DNA of 64,000 bases, from contig NC_042999.1 of NCBI RefSeq assembly GCF_006345805.1, positions 51,460,001 to 51,524,000 on the forward strand, written 5' to 3'. This DNA is from Octopus sinensis (Eukaryota). Of the stretch, positions 25,286 to 37,589 are shown one piece after another. The notes beneath the pieces were generated by a model. That model did not search any database, was not told the origin of the DNA, and saw only the letters and a list, made by a program, of their open reading frames with translations. Both the position numbers and the translations under genes were made by a program. How positions within the stretch are numbered: the first letter of the stretch is position 1; every line of letters starts with the position of its first letter.

Positions 25286-26029
25286 TCTCAGTAAAAATGA
25301 AGCCTTAAAAAGTATATAGTTTGTATCTCTTCTCCCTGCACCCAGTCTGTTCCTGATGTATCTCTTCCCCAAACTCCTCTACCCAACACTCAGCCCTCCA
25401 TCAGCCTTCTGAATATGGCTCTATTCACTCAACTGGTGTAATTATATGAGAGCGGAACTGAACACAATTTATTTCCCACTTTTTCGTCTTTTCACTTACC
25501 CCACTGGAACAACTTTCTTTGCCTTCTTACAATTTTTTCTGTTGGATGTCTGTTTCACCTCCATTCTTCCTCTGAACACCCTTTCATTCTGCCATTGGCA
25601 GACCCCACTATCTATGTTTGTCTCCCACTATTTTCACTTATGTGTACCTCTGACCTCATCCCTGGCATTGTACATCTTGTGCATACCACCCCTACTCCAC
25701 CTTATTTTTGCTACCCCTATTACCTCCCAACTCCTTAAACCTCCTTAAACTGATATTCACCATTGACCACACCCACCTCCACTTGGGTTCATGATTTATT
25801 TCATCACCTCTGTCCAGCTGCCTCTCTCTTGCCACAATCTCATGATCTTACCTGTCCATTCCTCTGGACCACTTCTCTTACATTTACCTGCCTAACTTGA
25901 GGCCATTTTGTCTCCTTTTCCACATGCTGCAGCCATATATCTCCTCTATTGCAAGACACCTGTTTCTGTCATACTTTAATCTCTCATCACATGGCATAAT
26001 GCCACCTCCCTCAATATTACATCACCCTC

Positions 26030-26258
26030 AGTTGAGAGGAATCTTGTCTTGCAAGATAGTGAAATCACTTGTGCCAGGGCTACATAAAAAGCACCTGGTA
26101 CACTCTAAAGTGGTTGGCATTAGAGAGGGCACCCAGCTGTAGAACACCTGTCAAACCAGACATTGGAGCTTGGCACAATTCTCTGGCTTGGTAGCACTTG
26201 TCAAACAATCCAACCCATGCCAGCATGAAAAACAGACTTTAAACAATGATGATGATGA
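26030..26258 (+). mobile_element. (GAT)n-tailed RTE 3' UTR-derived repeat
   Basis: gtggttggc.ttag.agggca.ccagctgtagaa...caacccatgccagcatg...gatgatgatg. Confidence 0.8.
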
Positions 26259-26259
26259 G

Positions 26260-27040
26260 CTCATTGCTAATTCTCCTGTATGATTTGCCTGATTCTCGCA
26301 AATCCTTTCTTTTTCTCCCAATTTTTAAGTACCCAGACTATAGAGAGTGGTTCCTTGTTAAAGGCTCTAAGTTAGTAGGCCATTATTCTTCTGTTAGGCA
26401 CAATGTCCCCTGTTCTTTGATAGTTACACAGTTAGGAAGAAGGCATCAATGGTTCCTATTGAACTCAAACCAAAGCTGCATCACCTCTAGACTGATTCCA
26501 TCCCTGATTAGCCTTCTCTCTCTTCATCTCTGCTAACTCCATGGCTTGCTCCGTTAGTATGTTGCTTCTGTAGTTACTTCTTACTAAAGCATCTCCTTTA
26601 CCTTTGTAGTAGTTTAGTGGTGTTGCTGCTTTGCCAGTCATTGACTGTAATCTTCCCCTGTACTAATCAAGTAACTAAGTGTAGAACCAACATTTTCTAC
26701 ATGGTAGGATATTTTCATTGTTTTATCAGAAAATCCAGATGATCTTTCTCTGCCATAGAGTCCTTAACAGCCCTTTCTTTCATATAATGGATGGTCCCTC
26801 TCTTGAGTCTACATCTGGTAAACCTCTTTCTCCCATACATTCATCACATTATTTCCATGTCTTTATCTTTCCAGTGTCAGTGAGTGCCTTTATTATTCAG
26901 CAGTCACATTTTTTTTTTACCACACATCCTGATATCACAAAATTTTTGATTTCCCACTTTATTGTCAGGTAAACTTCTCTTTAGATACCTGAAACTGTTT
27001 CAAATACTTGAATCTCTTCAGATGTGTTGCTTATCATTCT
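26260..27040 (-). mobile_element. Decayed RTE-like LINE linker region
   Basis: Reverse-strand similarity to the 14905-15100 type sequence. Confidence 0.5.
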
Positions 27041-27049
27041 GTACTCTAT

Positions 27050-28265
27050 TTTAACATGATGTGGCCTCTCTCTAACCCTTCATGTCTCCCCTGTACCCTA
27101 TTCTACTGCCATATGGTCTGTCTCTAACCCTTCATGTTTCCACTGTACTCTATTCTGCCACCTTGTGGTCTGTCTCTAACCTTTTGTGTCTCTTGTACTC
27201 TATTCTACCTCTGTGTAGTGCATCTTATCCTTTATGTCTCTCCTGTACTCTCGTCCACCTCTATGTGGTCTCTCCTTAACCCTTCATGTTACCACTGTAC
27301 TCTATTTCATCCCATGCAGTTTGTCTCTAAACTTTTGTATCTCCTTTGCGCTCTATTTCACCTTCATTTAGTCTGTTTCTTACCCTTCATGTCTCCCCTA
27401 TACTCTAACCTTTCATGCCTCCATTATGAGGGGGGCTGTTGAAAAGTTCCTGGCTTTGGGTAAAAGAAAATACAGGAGGATCAGGTAATTATATTCCCCC
27501 CTCAAATTCACACACTTATTGCAGTGGTCCTCCAACTTTTTCTAATCCCTGTAAAAAAACTCGGAAGGTTGGGCCTCCAACTTGGCTTTTCGTAATACCC
27601 TTAAAGCCAGGAACTTTTCAACACCCCCTTGTATACTCTATTCTGCTGCCATATGGTTTGTCCCAAACCCTTCATGTCACCAGTGTCCTCTTTTAGTTTC
27701 ATGTGATCTGTCTCTAACACTCCATGTCTTCACTGTACTCTATTCTGCCACCATGTGTTCTGTCTCTAACACTCCGTCTTCACTGTACTCTACTCTTCCA
27801 TGATGTGTTCTATCTCTATTACTCCATGTCTTCACTGTACTCTATTCTGCCACCATGTGTTCTGTCTCTAACACTCCATGTCTTCACTGCACTCTATTCT
27901 GCCACCATGTGTTCTGTCTCTAACACTCCATGTCTTCACTGTACTCTATTCTGCCACCATATGTTCTGTCTCTAACACTCCATGTCTTCACTGTACTCTA
28001 TTCTGCCACCATGTGTTCTATCTCTAACTGTTCACATCTCCCTTTCACTCCAGTCCAGCTCCATGTGGTCTGTTTCTAACCTTTAGTGTCTGGCCCCTAC
28101 TCTGTTCTACTTCTGTGTGATCTGTCTCTGATCCTTCATGTTTCCTCTGTACTCTATTCTGTCTGCATGTAGCCTGCCTCAGCCTTTCATGTCCTCACTG
28201 TACTCTATTCCCTTTCCATGTGGCCTGTCTCTTACCCTTCATGTCTCCTCTGTATTCTATTGCAC
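27050..28265. repeat. 52-bp minisatellite (actccatgtcttcactgtactctattctgccaccatgtgttctgtctctaac), homogeneous centre and diverged edges
   Basis: Period 52 at 27721/27773 and subsequent units. Confidence 0.9.
27427..27631. mobile_element. Mariner-type MITE inserted in the minisatellite
   Basis: TIRs gaggggggctgttgaaaagttcctggcttt and aaagccaggaacttttcaacacccccttg. TA duplication at 27425-27426 and 27632-27633. Confidence 0.9.
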
Positions 28266-28379
28266 CCCACCCCCTACATTATTTGTCTCTTGATGTAGAT
28301 TCTAAGTTTCTCTGGAGTCTTACATGTTTTTTTATTCTTCTTGTTTTGATAAAAGTACCAGTAACATGTTTGGGTCACT

Positions 28380-28567
28380 TCATCATCATCATCATCATCA
28401 TCATTTAGCGTCCGTTTTCCATGCTAGCATGGGTTGGACGGTTCAACTGGGGGTCTGTGAAGCTGGAAGGCTGCATCAGGCCCAGTCAGATCTAGCAGTG
28501 TTACTACAGCTGGATGCCCTTCCTAACGCCAACCACTCTGTGAGTGTAGTGGGTGCTTTTTACATGC
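28380..28567 (-). mobile_element. (GAT)n-tailed RTE 3' UTR-derived repeat, young copy
   Basis: Closely similar, inverted, to 31120-31295. Confidence 0.9.
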
Positions 28568-29095
28568 CTTCAATTAATTATATTCCCTTATTTAACCCCA
28601 CTTTGATTTCTGCCTCTCAATTTCCCTTTGTTGGTTACTGCAGGGAGTTGGGGAAGGAGCATTAAATTTTTTGCTTTATGGTCTAGTTTATAATCTGTTT
28701 CTAATTTGTCAACTGTAATAATTATAATATGTATGAAACTTGAAGATTGTACTGTAAGAAATAATAATAGCCAAACCCTCCTATTATGTAGCCTGTGAAA
28801 ATAAAGTGTTTGTATTCATCACAATTAACAATTGACATATATTCAATGACAGCATGTATCACAGAAGTACTCTATGTAATAATGTTGACATAATTATCTT
28901 GGCACAACTGTCAGTTATTTCATAGAATTGTGGTTCCAGATTGCTGAGCACAACATAGTAAAGATTGTTGTTTGCAGTCCTCTATCCTAGAGTTTTCAAC
29001 ATGCGACACGCAGGCATTAAACTGTTGCTGCACCTTATCTCTTTCTTGCCAGAACTAATCTTAAAGTACAGCAGTTCTGCTAACGACATATATTG

Positions 29096-29520
29096 CTCTT
29101 TTACTCTTTTTACTCTTTTACTATTTTACTTGTTTTCGTCATTTGACTGGCCATGCTGGAGCACTGCCTTTAGTTGAGCTAATCGACCCAAGACTTATTC
29201 TTTGTAAGCCGAGTACTTATTCTATTGGCCTCTTTTGCCAAACCACTAGGTTACGGGGATGTAAACACACCAGCATCAGTTGTGAAGTGATGTTCGGGGG
29301 GGACAAACACAGACACACAAACATATACACACACATACATATATATATACATATATACGACAGGCTTCTTTCAGTTTCTGTCTACCAAATCCACTCACAA
29401 GGCTTTGGTCGGCCCGAGGCTATAGTGGAAGACACTTGCCCAAGGTGCCACACAGTGGGAGTGAACCCGGTGCCATGTGGTTGTTAAGCAAGCTACTTAC
29501 CACACAGCCATCCCTACGCC
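29096..29520 (-). mobile_element. Family A SINE
   Basis: Reverse complement of the family A consensus. Confidence 0.9.
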
Positions 29521-29869
29521 TATTGTCAACCTTTTTCTCTTTATTCTTTATCATATTTTGGTATTTCACTTATTGTTGTTTTTCATGTCTGTTTATCTGT
29601 TTGTCCTCCCTTTCTCTCTTCTCTCTTTCTCTCAGTATATAAATGTATGTGTGTTTGTGTGTGTGCATGTGTGCCTTCAGTATGTTTTATCCATTGTGGC
29701 TAAAACCAAACTTAGCATCACACATCAATGTGTGCATGATGTACCATCACTACACTCACCCCAGTTTCTATATCATCAAGGTAACAGAAGCTATTTGCTT
29801 TTGTCTTGTAAATTATCTGAACGGTTCTTGAACTTTATTTCCTGTTAGCTACTCCTTATTATATATATA

Positions 29870-30175
29870 TATCACGTGATCACCAGACCATCAGATGTTG
29901 TTACACATCGCTGGTCACAATGCGTTTGCATTGTTTTAGCCATCGAATGACGCCACCCCGCTGGCTAAGTGAGCAGGCCAACAGAAGAAAGAGTAGGAGA
30001 AAGTGTGGTGAAAGAGTACAGCAGGGATCACCCCCCCCCTGCCGGAGCCTCATGGAGCTTTTTAGGTGTTATTGCTCAATAAACACTCACAACGCCCGGT
30101 CTGGGAATCAAAACCGCGATCCTACGACCGCGAGTGCACTGCCCTAACCACTGGGCCATTGTGCCTCCACATTAT
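29870..30175 (-). mobile_element. tRNA-derived SINE family C, tail type 1
   Basis: Head cagtggttagggcag..cgcggtcgtaggatcgcggttt.gattcccag shared with 54775-55152. Confidence 0.85.
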
Positions 30176-30719
30176 ATATATATATATATATGTCTATTAT
30201 TTCTGAAGTCCTGCTACTATGTTAACTACTCTTTATCATAAGAGTTATTCAACCATGAAACAGCTATACCTCTTGTGTCTTCTACTATCACTTCAAATAT
30301 GGCAGCATATGCATGTCTCTCTTTTAAATTGATTAAAGAATTAGATCTGACACTCTCTATTGTAATAGTTTCATCAATTTCAAATTTATTGATCACCTAC
30401 TTAAAATACAGCAGGTAGAGCATACAATTTCGACATTCTAACAAAGAGTTGTTAATGTGGTGAGAAGTTTTAAGTAATGGATTTGGAGGTTTTCAAGTAT
30501 TTCCTAACAACTCTGAATCCTGGCCTTAACAAACTAGAGTTTTGGTTCCTTTATATTGGGCCTAACATAATATATCAACTATAAGGTTGTACAACTTTTA
30601 ATAATGCTTTAAATCATAAGAATCTTATGTGAAACTACCATCTGTCTGTCTGTCTGTCTCTGGCAAAAGACCTGTTCTAATCCCTTCTCATACTTTTACT
30701 TCTCATCTGTGGCCCCATC

Positions 30720-31295
30720 AGCTCTGGCTGGCTCCCGTGTCAGTGGCACGTAAAAGCACCATCCGTTCGTGTCCGTTGCTAGCCTTGCCTGGCCCCTGTG
30801 CTAGTGACACGTAAAAGCACCATCCGTTCGTGGCCGTTTGCCAGCTCTGTCTGGCCCCCGTGTCGGTGGCACGTAAAAGCACCATCCGTTCGTGTCCGTT
30901 GCCAGCCTCGCCTGGCCTCTGTGCCGGTGACACGTAAAAGCACCATCCGTTCGTGGCCGTTTGCCAGCTCTGTCTGGCCCCCGTGTCGGTGGCACATAAA
31001 AGCACCATCCGTTCGTGTCTGTTGCCAGCCTTGCCTGGCCCCCGTGCCGGTGACACGTAAAAGCACCATCCATTTGTGGCCGTTTGCCAGCTCTGTCTGG
31101 CACCTGTGCGGGTGGCACGTAAAAAGCACCCACTACACTCACGGAGTGGTTGGCGTTAGGAAGGGCATCCAGCCGTAGAAACACTGCCAGATCTGACTGG
31201 GCCTGACGAAGCCTTCCAGCTTCACAGACCCCAGTTGAACCGTCCAACCCATGCTAGCATGGAAAGCGGACGCTAAATGATGATGATGATGATGA
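30720..31295 (+). mobile_element. (GAT)n-tailed RTE 3' UTR repeat with six internal 61/62-bp units
   Basis: Unit starts at 30749, 30810, 30872, 30933, 30995, 31056 and 31118. Confidence 0.92.
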
Positions 31296-31559
31296 TCTTG
31301 TAGCATAAAGCTGCCCTCTTAGGGTTTGTAGTCTTGAAAGTTGCTTGGCACAACTATGGTGACACCTAGAAAGCATCCAGTACACACTGAAGTGGTTGGT
31401 ATTAGGGAAGGCATCAAGCCAATAGAAACCATGCCAAAGCAGACACCAGAGCGCAATGCATTCCTTGAGCATCCATGCTAAATGATGATGATATATTTAC
31501 AAACACATATATGTACACATGCATGTATGGGGTATTATATGTGATGTGTGTTCTTGGCC

Positions 31560-32150
31560 CCCTCCAACTTATAGTCCTACAAGCCATCACAGTGGGGTTT
31601 TGAGACTGGCTGTCCATAGGGACTCCTATTTACTGATGTCTTTGTTCTCATAGCTGGTTCCATATGGAAATTAGAGAAGAAATTGCAGGAATGGAAACTA
31701 AACCTGGAATTGAGCAGCCTTAAGATAAACCTAGAAAAGAAGAAGGTTTTAGTAAGTAGGAAAGCGGACAGGGTCTTGGTACCATCAAAGAAATGACCTT
31801 GCTTGATATGCAGAAAAGGAGTTCGTATACATTCCATACATTGTACTTGATGTAAGCTGTGGATACAAAAGAGACGTAATGGAATCACTGACAGACTCTG
31901 AAAATTCAGGCTTCAGATGTGGTAGATGTACTGAAGCAGTTCATACTAGCACACCAGAAAATAAGTTTCTTAAATCTCCAGACAACTCACTAGAAAAGAT
32001 GATAGCTTTTATTACTTGGGAGATGTAATTAGCAAGGGAGGTGGTTTGTCTTAAAGTAACCAGAGTAAGAATGGGTTGGAAAAAGTTGAGGAAGCTTTGT
32101 TGCCAGCAGAGATATCACTGCTGGCAACAAAGATATTTTTGCACAGAAAA
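31560..32150 (+). mobile_element. Decayed RTE-like LINE (PHD-in-RT family)
   Basis: LEKKLQEWKLNLE and PCLICRKGV..SIHCT*CKLW...FRCGRC. Confidence 0.8.
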
Positions 32151-32249
32151 TATGAGTAGATCATGACCTCGTAAATGATAGGTGTCCAAAGGTCATTTCA
32201 TGTATTTCAAAAAGACATACCTTTCCTAGGTACAAAAGTATGTATATAG

Positions 32250-34420
32250 ATCATCATCATCATCATCATCATTTAACGTCTGTTGTCCATGCTAGCATGG
32301 GTTGGATGGTTTGACTAGGCTGGCATGCTAGAAGACTGCACCAGAATCCAGTCTGATTTGGCATGGTTTTCTATGGCTGGATGCTCTTCCTAATGCCAAT
32401 TACTCTGAGAATGTAATGGGTACTTTTACGTGTCAACGGCATGGGTGCCATTCACATGACACCAAGGTGCTTTTATGTGCCAATTTGTGTAACACCGGTA
32501 TCTGCCGTGACTGCGATTTTGCTTGGCTTGATGGGTCTTCTCATGCATGACATAATGCCAAAGGTCTCGGTCATTGCCTCTGTGAGGCCTAACACTTGAA
32601 AGGCGCTGAGCCACTTTGTATCCGTAAGGAACTCAGCCACTTTTCTTCCATGGAGCCCAACCCAATGCTCGATAGGAACTCAATCACTTTGCCTCTGTGA
32701 GGCCCAATGCTTGAAAGGTGTTCTTTATGTGCCTCAATGGGTCCTCTCAAGCACAGCACATCACCAAGGGTCCTTGTCACTAGTCATTGCCTCCGTGAGG
32801 CTCAAAGTTCGAAGATCATGCTGAATCATCTTGTCCCATGTCTTCCTGGCTCTACCTCTATCACAGATTCTCCCCACAGTTAGAGATCGGCACTTCTTTA
32901 CACAGCTGTCCTCATCCATATGCATCACATGACCATACCAGTGCAGTCTCCTCTTTTGTTCACCACATCTGATGCCTCTTATGCCTAACTTTTCTCTCAA
33001 GATGCTTATGCTCTGTTGAACATGCACACTGGCATTGCAAATCCAACAAAGCATATTGGCTTCATTTCTTTCAGGCCTACACATGTCTGCAGCTGTCATA
33101 GCCCATGTTTCACTACCAAGTAGCACAGCTGTTCAGACAGAGGCATCAAACAATCTGCCTTTCACTCTGAGAGAGAGGCCCTTTGTTGCTATCAGTGGTA
33201 GGAGCTCTCTGAACTTTGCCCAACCTAATCTTATTCTCACTGCTACACTCTTGGAGCATCCACCACCACTATTAATTTGGTCACCTAGATAACAGAAGCT
33301 ATCTACTACCTCTAGCTTACCCCTCTGGCAGTTGATGGAGTTTATTTTCTGCACATTTTCAGCGTTTATTGTACTTATGCATCTTCCACATACAAAAGCT
33401 AGTTTCCCTGTTAACCTTCCTCTGATATTGCTGCACCTTTTGTGTCCAAAAGGTGCAGCAATATCCGGTGCATCTTATGGAGTTTCTACCTACACCATTT
33501 CTACTGATTAAGCAGGGCCATCTACTTGAAGGGATTTGTGATTTGCCTACCTTCCTTCTTACTAAGACTTCTGTTTTTGCTAAGTTAACTCTAGGGTCCT
33601 TTGATTCTTGACCTTGCTTCCATACTTGGAACTTCTCTCGTTCAGGTAGTGATTAAGCTATAAGAGTAAGGTCATCAGTATAGAAGAGCTCCCAGGGGCA
33701 GCCTGTCTTGATTTCCTCTGTTATTGCCTGGAGGACTATGATGAATAAGAGGGGGCTGAGCACCGATCCTTGGTGAACACTACTTGTATCCTGAAATCTT
33801 CTCAGTACTCATTGCCAACCCTCACCTTACTGGTAGCATCCCTGTACATAGTTTGTACAGCTCTCACCAATCACTTGTCTATGCCTGGATAAGGGATCAA
33901 GGGACCCTGTCAAAGGCTTTCTCCAAGTCAACAAAGGCCAAGTACAGAGGTTTATCTTTGGCTAGGTATTTCTCCTGCAGTTGTCTTACCAGAAATATAG
34001 AATCAGTAGTGCTCCTCCCTAGCACAAAACCAAACTGCATCTCATCTAGACTAAATCTCTCCCTAATTAGTTGGGCTGTGACTCTCGCCGTAACTTTCAT
34101 CATCTAATCCAACAATTGATACTTTTGTAATTATTTCTATGTAAGGCATCGCCTTTACCTTTGTAGCATTTGACTATGGTGCTGCTACATCAGTCATTGG
34201 GTATAACTCCTTTGTGAACCACCTGATTTACACTGTGGGTAACTAGACCATAGCTCACACTGCCAGATATTTTAAGCATGTCAGCAGTAATTCCTGATGG
34301 GCTGGAGGCTTTTCCCGTTTTCATATCCTTAATTGCTTTATCTACCGTAGTTGGATAGTTGGTCCCTCAATTGTTCAGTAGTCTTTCATAATAGCATTTC
34401 CAAAGTCTCTTTCTTTGGAG
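32250..34420 (-). mobile_element. Decayed RTE-like LINE, RT to 3' tail (PHD-in-RT family)
   Basis: ORFs 33897..34103 (EMQFGFV, FVDLEKAFDRVP), 33133..33354 (FCYLGD..GGGC...RLGWAKFRELLPL) and 32761..33126 (LLGSETW). WELFYTDDL also present. Confidence 0.92.
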
Positions 34421-35211
34421 AGTCATTACATGCAAGTGCACCATCATCGATATGGCTACAGTCTGAGTTTGTATGATTGTGTTTAGAAGAACATATTCAT
34501 CAATGAAATTCCAACTTAGTCTGACTTTCACATTTTATTATTTACAATTTTTACAATTTTACGATATTGAAATAAACTAGTACTTTCATGCATTATGCAG
34601 TTATCAGGTTTATGTAGTGACAGTTGTGTTCCATAATTGACAACCGGAGTGAAATGGTTAGATTTGTCCTTTAAGTGCCATCTGATGGGCTGAATCTTAT
34701 GAAATATAATACACATGCACACACATATTTATAAACATACATGCATATACATAAATATATATATTATTTATTTAAAGGACAAAATACATATCTTTAATTG
34801 CTACTAATAGTTTCATATATCTCAAACATATTCATCAGGAACAAATACCATAACGAACTAAAAAAAAAATTTGTATAAGAGAAGAAATGCAAAAAAACTG
34901 AGAAGGCAGCATATAGAAAATGTGGAAGGTTAAAGGTCCTTGTCACTAGTCATTGCCTCTGTGAGGCTCAAAGTTCGAAGATCATGCTGAATCACCTTGT
35001 CCCATGTCTTCACTATGCCAGTCACATAGCCTCCTTCCGACGTAAAGACAAAAGCAAAGCTTCTAAGTTGGCTAGCTATGTATGGCGTTTGAAAGATAAT
35101 GAAATACCACATGTGATTAAGCGAAAAATAATTGAGAAATCCATACCTTATGTTAATGGAATGAATAAATGTAGGCTTTGTTTAGCTGAAAGCCCAGAGA
35201 TCTTGTTCTGA

Positions 35212-35502
<291 letters not shown>

Positions 35503-35719
35503 GAAATGGAGAAAAAGAAACGAGTCGTGGCACCAATCTTGCTGTTAAAGATATCTTTCCAGCCTTATAATTTAAGGTCCAAGGAGGATAACTCTTTTCC
35601 CTTTTTTGCTTTTTACATTTTAGTTTTTGTGTTTCTGTTTTTTTTAACCTACTGCATTGTCAATACGCTGCCTGTTTTCATGTTTCTTATTCAATTTTTT
35701 AGTTAATTATATGTGGTTT

Positions 35720-35774
35720 GTGCCTGATGAGTATGTTTGAGATATTTATCAACATATGAAACTATTAGTAGCAC
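35720..35774 (+). ncRNA. Type I minimal hammerhead ribozyme motif
   Basis: gtgc-CTGATGA(35724-35730)-helix II gtatgtt/aacatat-GAAA(35758-35761)-helix III act/agt-GTA cleavage triplet (35768-35770)-gcac. Activity untested. Confidence 0.8.
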
Positions 35775-35889
35775 TTAAAGACATGTATTGTGACCTTTAA
35801 ATAAATAGTATGTGTCTCAAACCAGATGAAGTACTTTTTTTGTTGAATTTTCTATCCTGGAACAGTACATTATATATGTATATATGTAA

Positions 35890-36370
35890 TGTGGAGAATG
35901 AATGAGAGGAGGAGAGCCTGCCAAATGTTGACCCCGTAGAGGTATCAGCTACCTCAATCAACAGCACCCTGGTAGATAAAGTAATTAAGGATATGAAGTC
36001 AGGAAAAGCTCCTGGCCCATCAGGAATCACTGCTGAGATGCTTAAAATATCTGGTGGTGTGGGATATGGTCTAATCACCCATATTGTAAACCAGGTAGTT
36101 CATGAGGGAGTCACCCGATGACTGGTGTAGCAGCACCATGATGCTTTAGATAGAAATAACTACAGAGGTATCAAACTACTGGATCAGGTGATGATGGTCA
36201 CAGAGAGGGTGATGGCCCAACTAATTAGGGAGAGAGTCTGCTTAGATGAAATGCAGTTCAGTTTTGTGTCAGATAGAAGCACCACTGATGCAATATTCCT
36301 GGTAAGGCAACTGCAGGAGGTATACCTGGCCAAAGATAAACCTCCATACTTGGTTTTTGTTGATTTAAGT
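35890..36370 (+). mobile_element. Decayed RTE-like LINE fragment
   Basis: KAPGPSGITAEMLK, NYRGIKLLDQV and EMQFSFV...LVFVDL. Confidence 0.85.
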
Positions 36371-36569
36371 CAGCCGGATTGCTGACTTGCAAGTGTCCTA
36401 GGGGTGGAGTGAAACACTTTTGAATTGCTCATTTAGTATTTCACTTATCTTCATTGGGTTTCCTGTGAGGGAACCATCTTTTTCGAGGAGTCGCCCTACC
36501 CTACCTTGGACTGCACTGAGGTTGTTTCTTTGGCAGACTTGTGGAAGGCTCTGGAGTTAGATTTTGTAT

Positions 36570-36878
36570 TGTCGACATAAAAGCACCATTTGAGTGTGGT
36601 CATTGTCAGTGCCGCCTGACAGGCTCCCATGCCAGTGGCACATAAAAAGCATCATTCAAGTGTGGTCGAGGCCAGTACTGCCTGATTGGCCCCCGTGCCT
36701 GTGGCACGTAAAAAGCACCCACTACACTCTTGGAGTGGTTGGCGTTAGGAAGGACATCCAGCTGTAGAAACTTTGCCAGATCAGCTTGGAGCCTAGTGCA
36801 GCCTTCTGGCTTGCCAGCCCTCAGTCAAAATGTCCAACCCATGCCAGCTTGGAGAGCGGACGTTAAACGATGCTGATC
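36570..36878 (+). mobile_element. (GAT)n-tailed RTE 3' UTR-derived repeat
   Basis: Family consensus with two internal units. Confidence 0.85.
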
Positions 36879-36879
36879 C

Positions 36880-37350
36880 CTCTACATGGCTTGTACAGCT
36901 CTCACTAACCGCTCATCTATTCATAGTTCTGCATTGACCACCAGATAAGGGATCGGGGACCCTGTCAAAGGCTTTCTCCATGTCAACAAAGGCCAAGTAC
37001 AGAGGTTTATCTTAGGCTAGGTATTTCTCCTGCAATTCATTTCTAAGCAAGAAGTATACCTATGGCCCCGACTCCATCAGTGTTCTCTACCCAGAAAATC
37101 TTATGCATATGTTCTTTGCCTGTGAGGAAGCTAGCAGAACTTTCTCTCCACCTTACTTCTTGGATGCAGCACAAATCTACACGTCTCCATTCAAGCATGT
37201 CAACAATCTCACCAGACCTACCTTTCAATGTGCCAACTCTGAGGGTGTGGGAGGTGTGGGTCCATGAGACCCTGGGATAGGGTACAGCAGCATCGTGTAC
37301 CTGAAAAGAGAGCTTGCATTTGGCAGAACTTATAAACATACAAGAGCCTT
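36880..37350 (-). mobile_element. RTE-like LINE fragments including the AP-endonuclease N-terminus
   Basis: VGTLKGRSGEIVDMLEWRRVDLCCIQEVRW...GVGAIGILLA in ORF 37043..37360, joined to an FVDMEKAFDRVP piece. Confidence 0.85.
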
Positions 37351-37589
37351 CAACCTGCATACGTTACACCATCATTTTATGCACTAAAGAAGCACTACAT
37401 TGCATAGGAGATAAACCCTAAGTAGGGATGGATGAGCATTAAACCATTGGAGGGGTTCAAGGGAAAGACATCCAATACAGGTCAGCGGATTAAGATTTCC
37501 AGTACAGGTGGTGGGGGTGGCAAGGGCGGGCACACAGCAAAACAGAAAACACTCTGGTTGCCGAAGTGAAAGAATAGTAATAATAATAA

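Noticed and set aside
25409-25465. Possible degenerate hammerhead (ctgaata..gctct/agagc..ggaa)
   Set aside because: Both core segments are mutated and helices I and III are absent.
30720-31120. Regularly spaced repeats resembling a CRISPR array
   Set aside because: The whole unit repeats with no unique spacers, there are no cas genes, and it lies in a eukaryotic retroelement 3' UTR.
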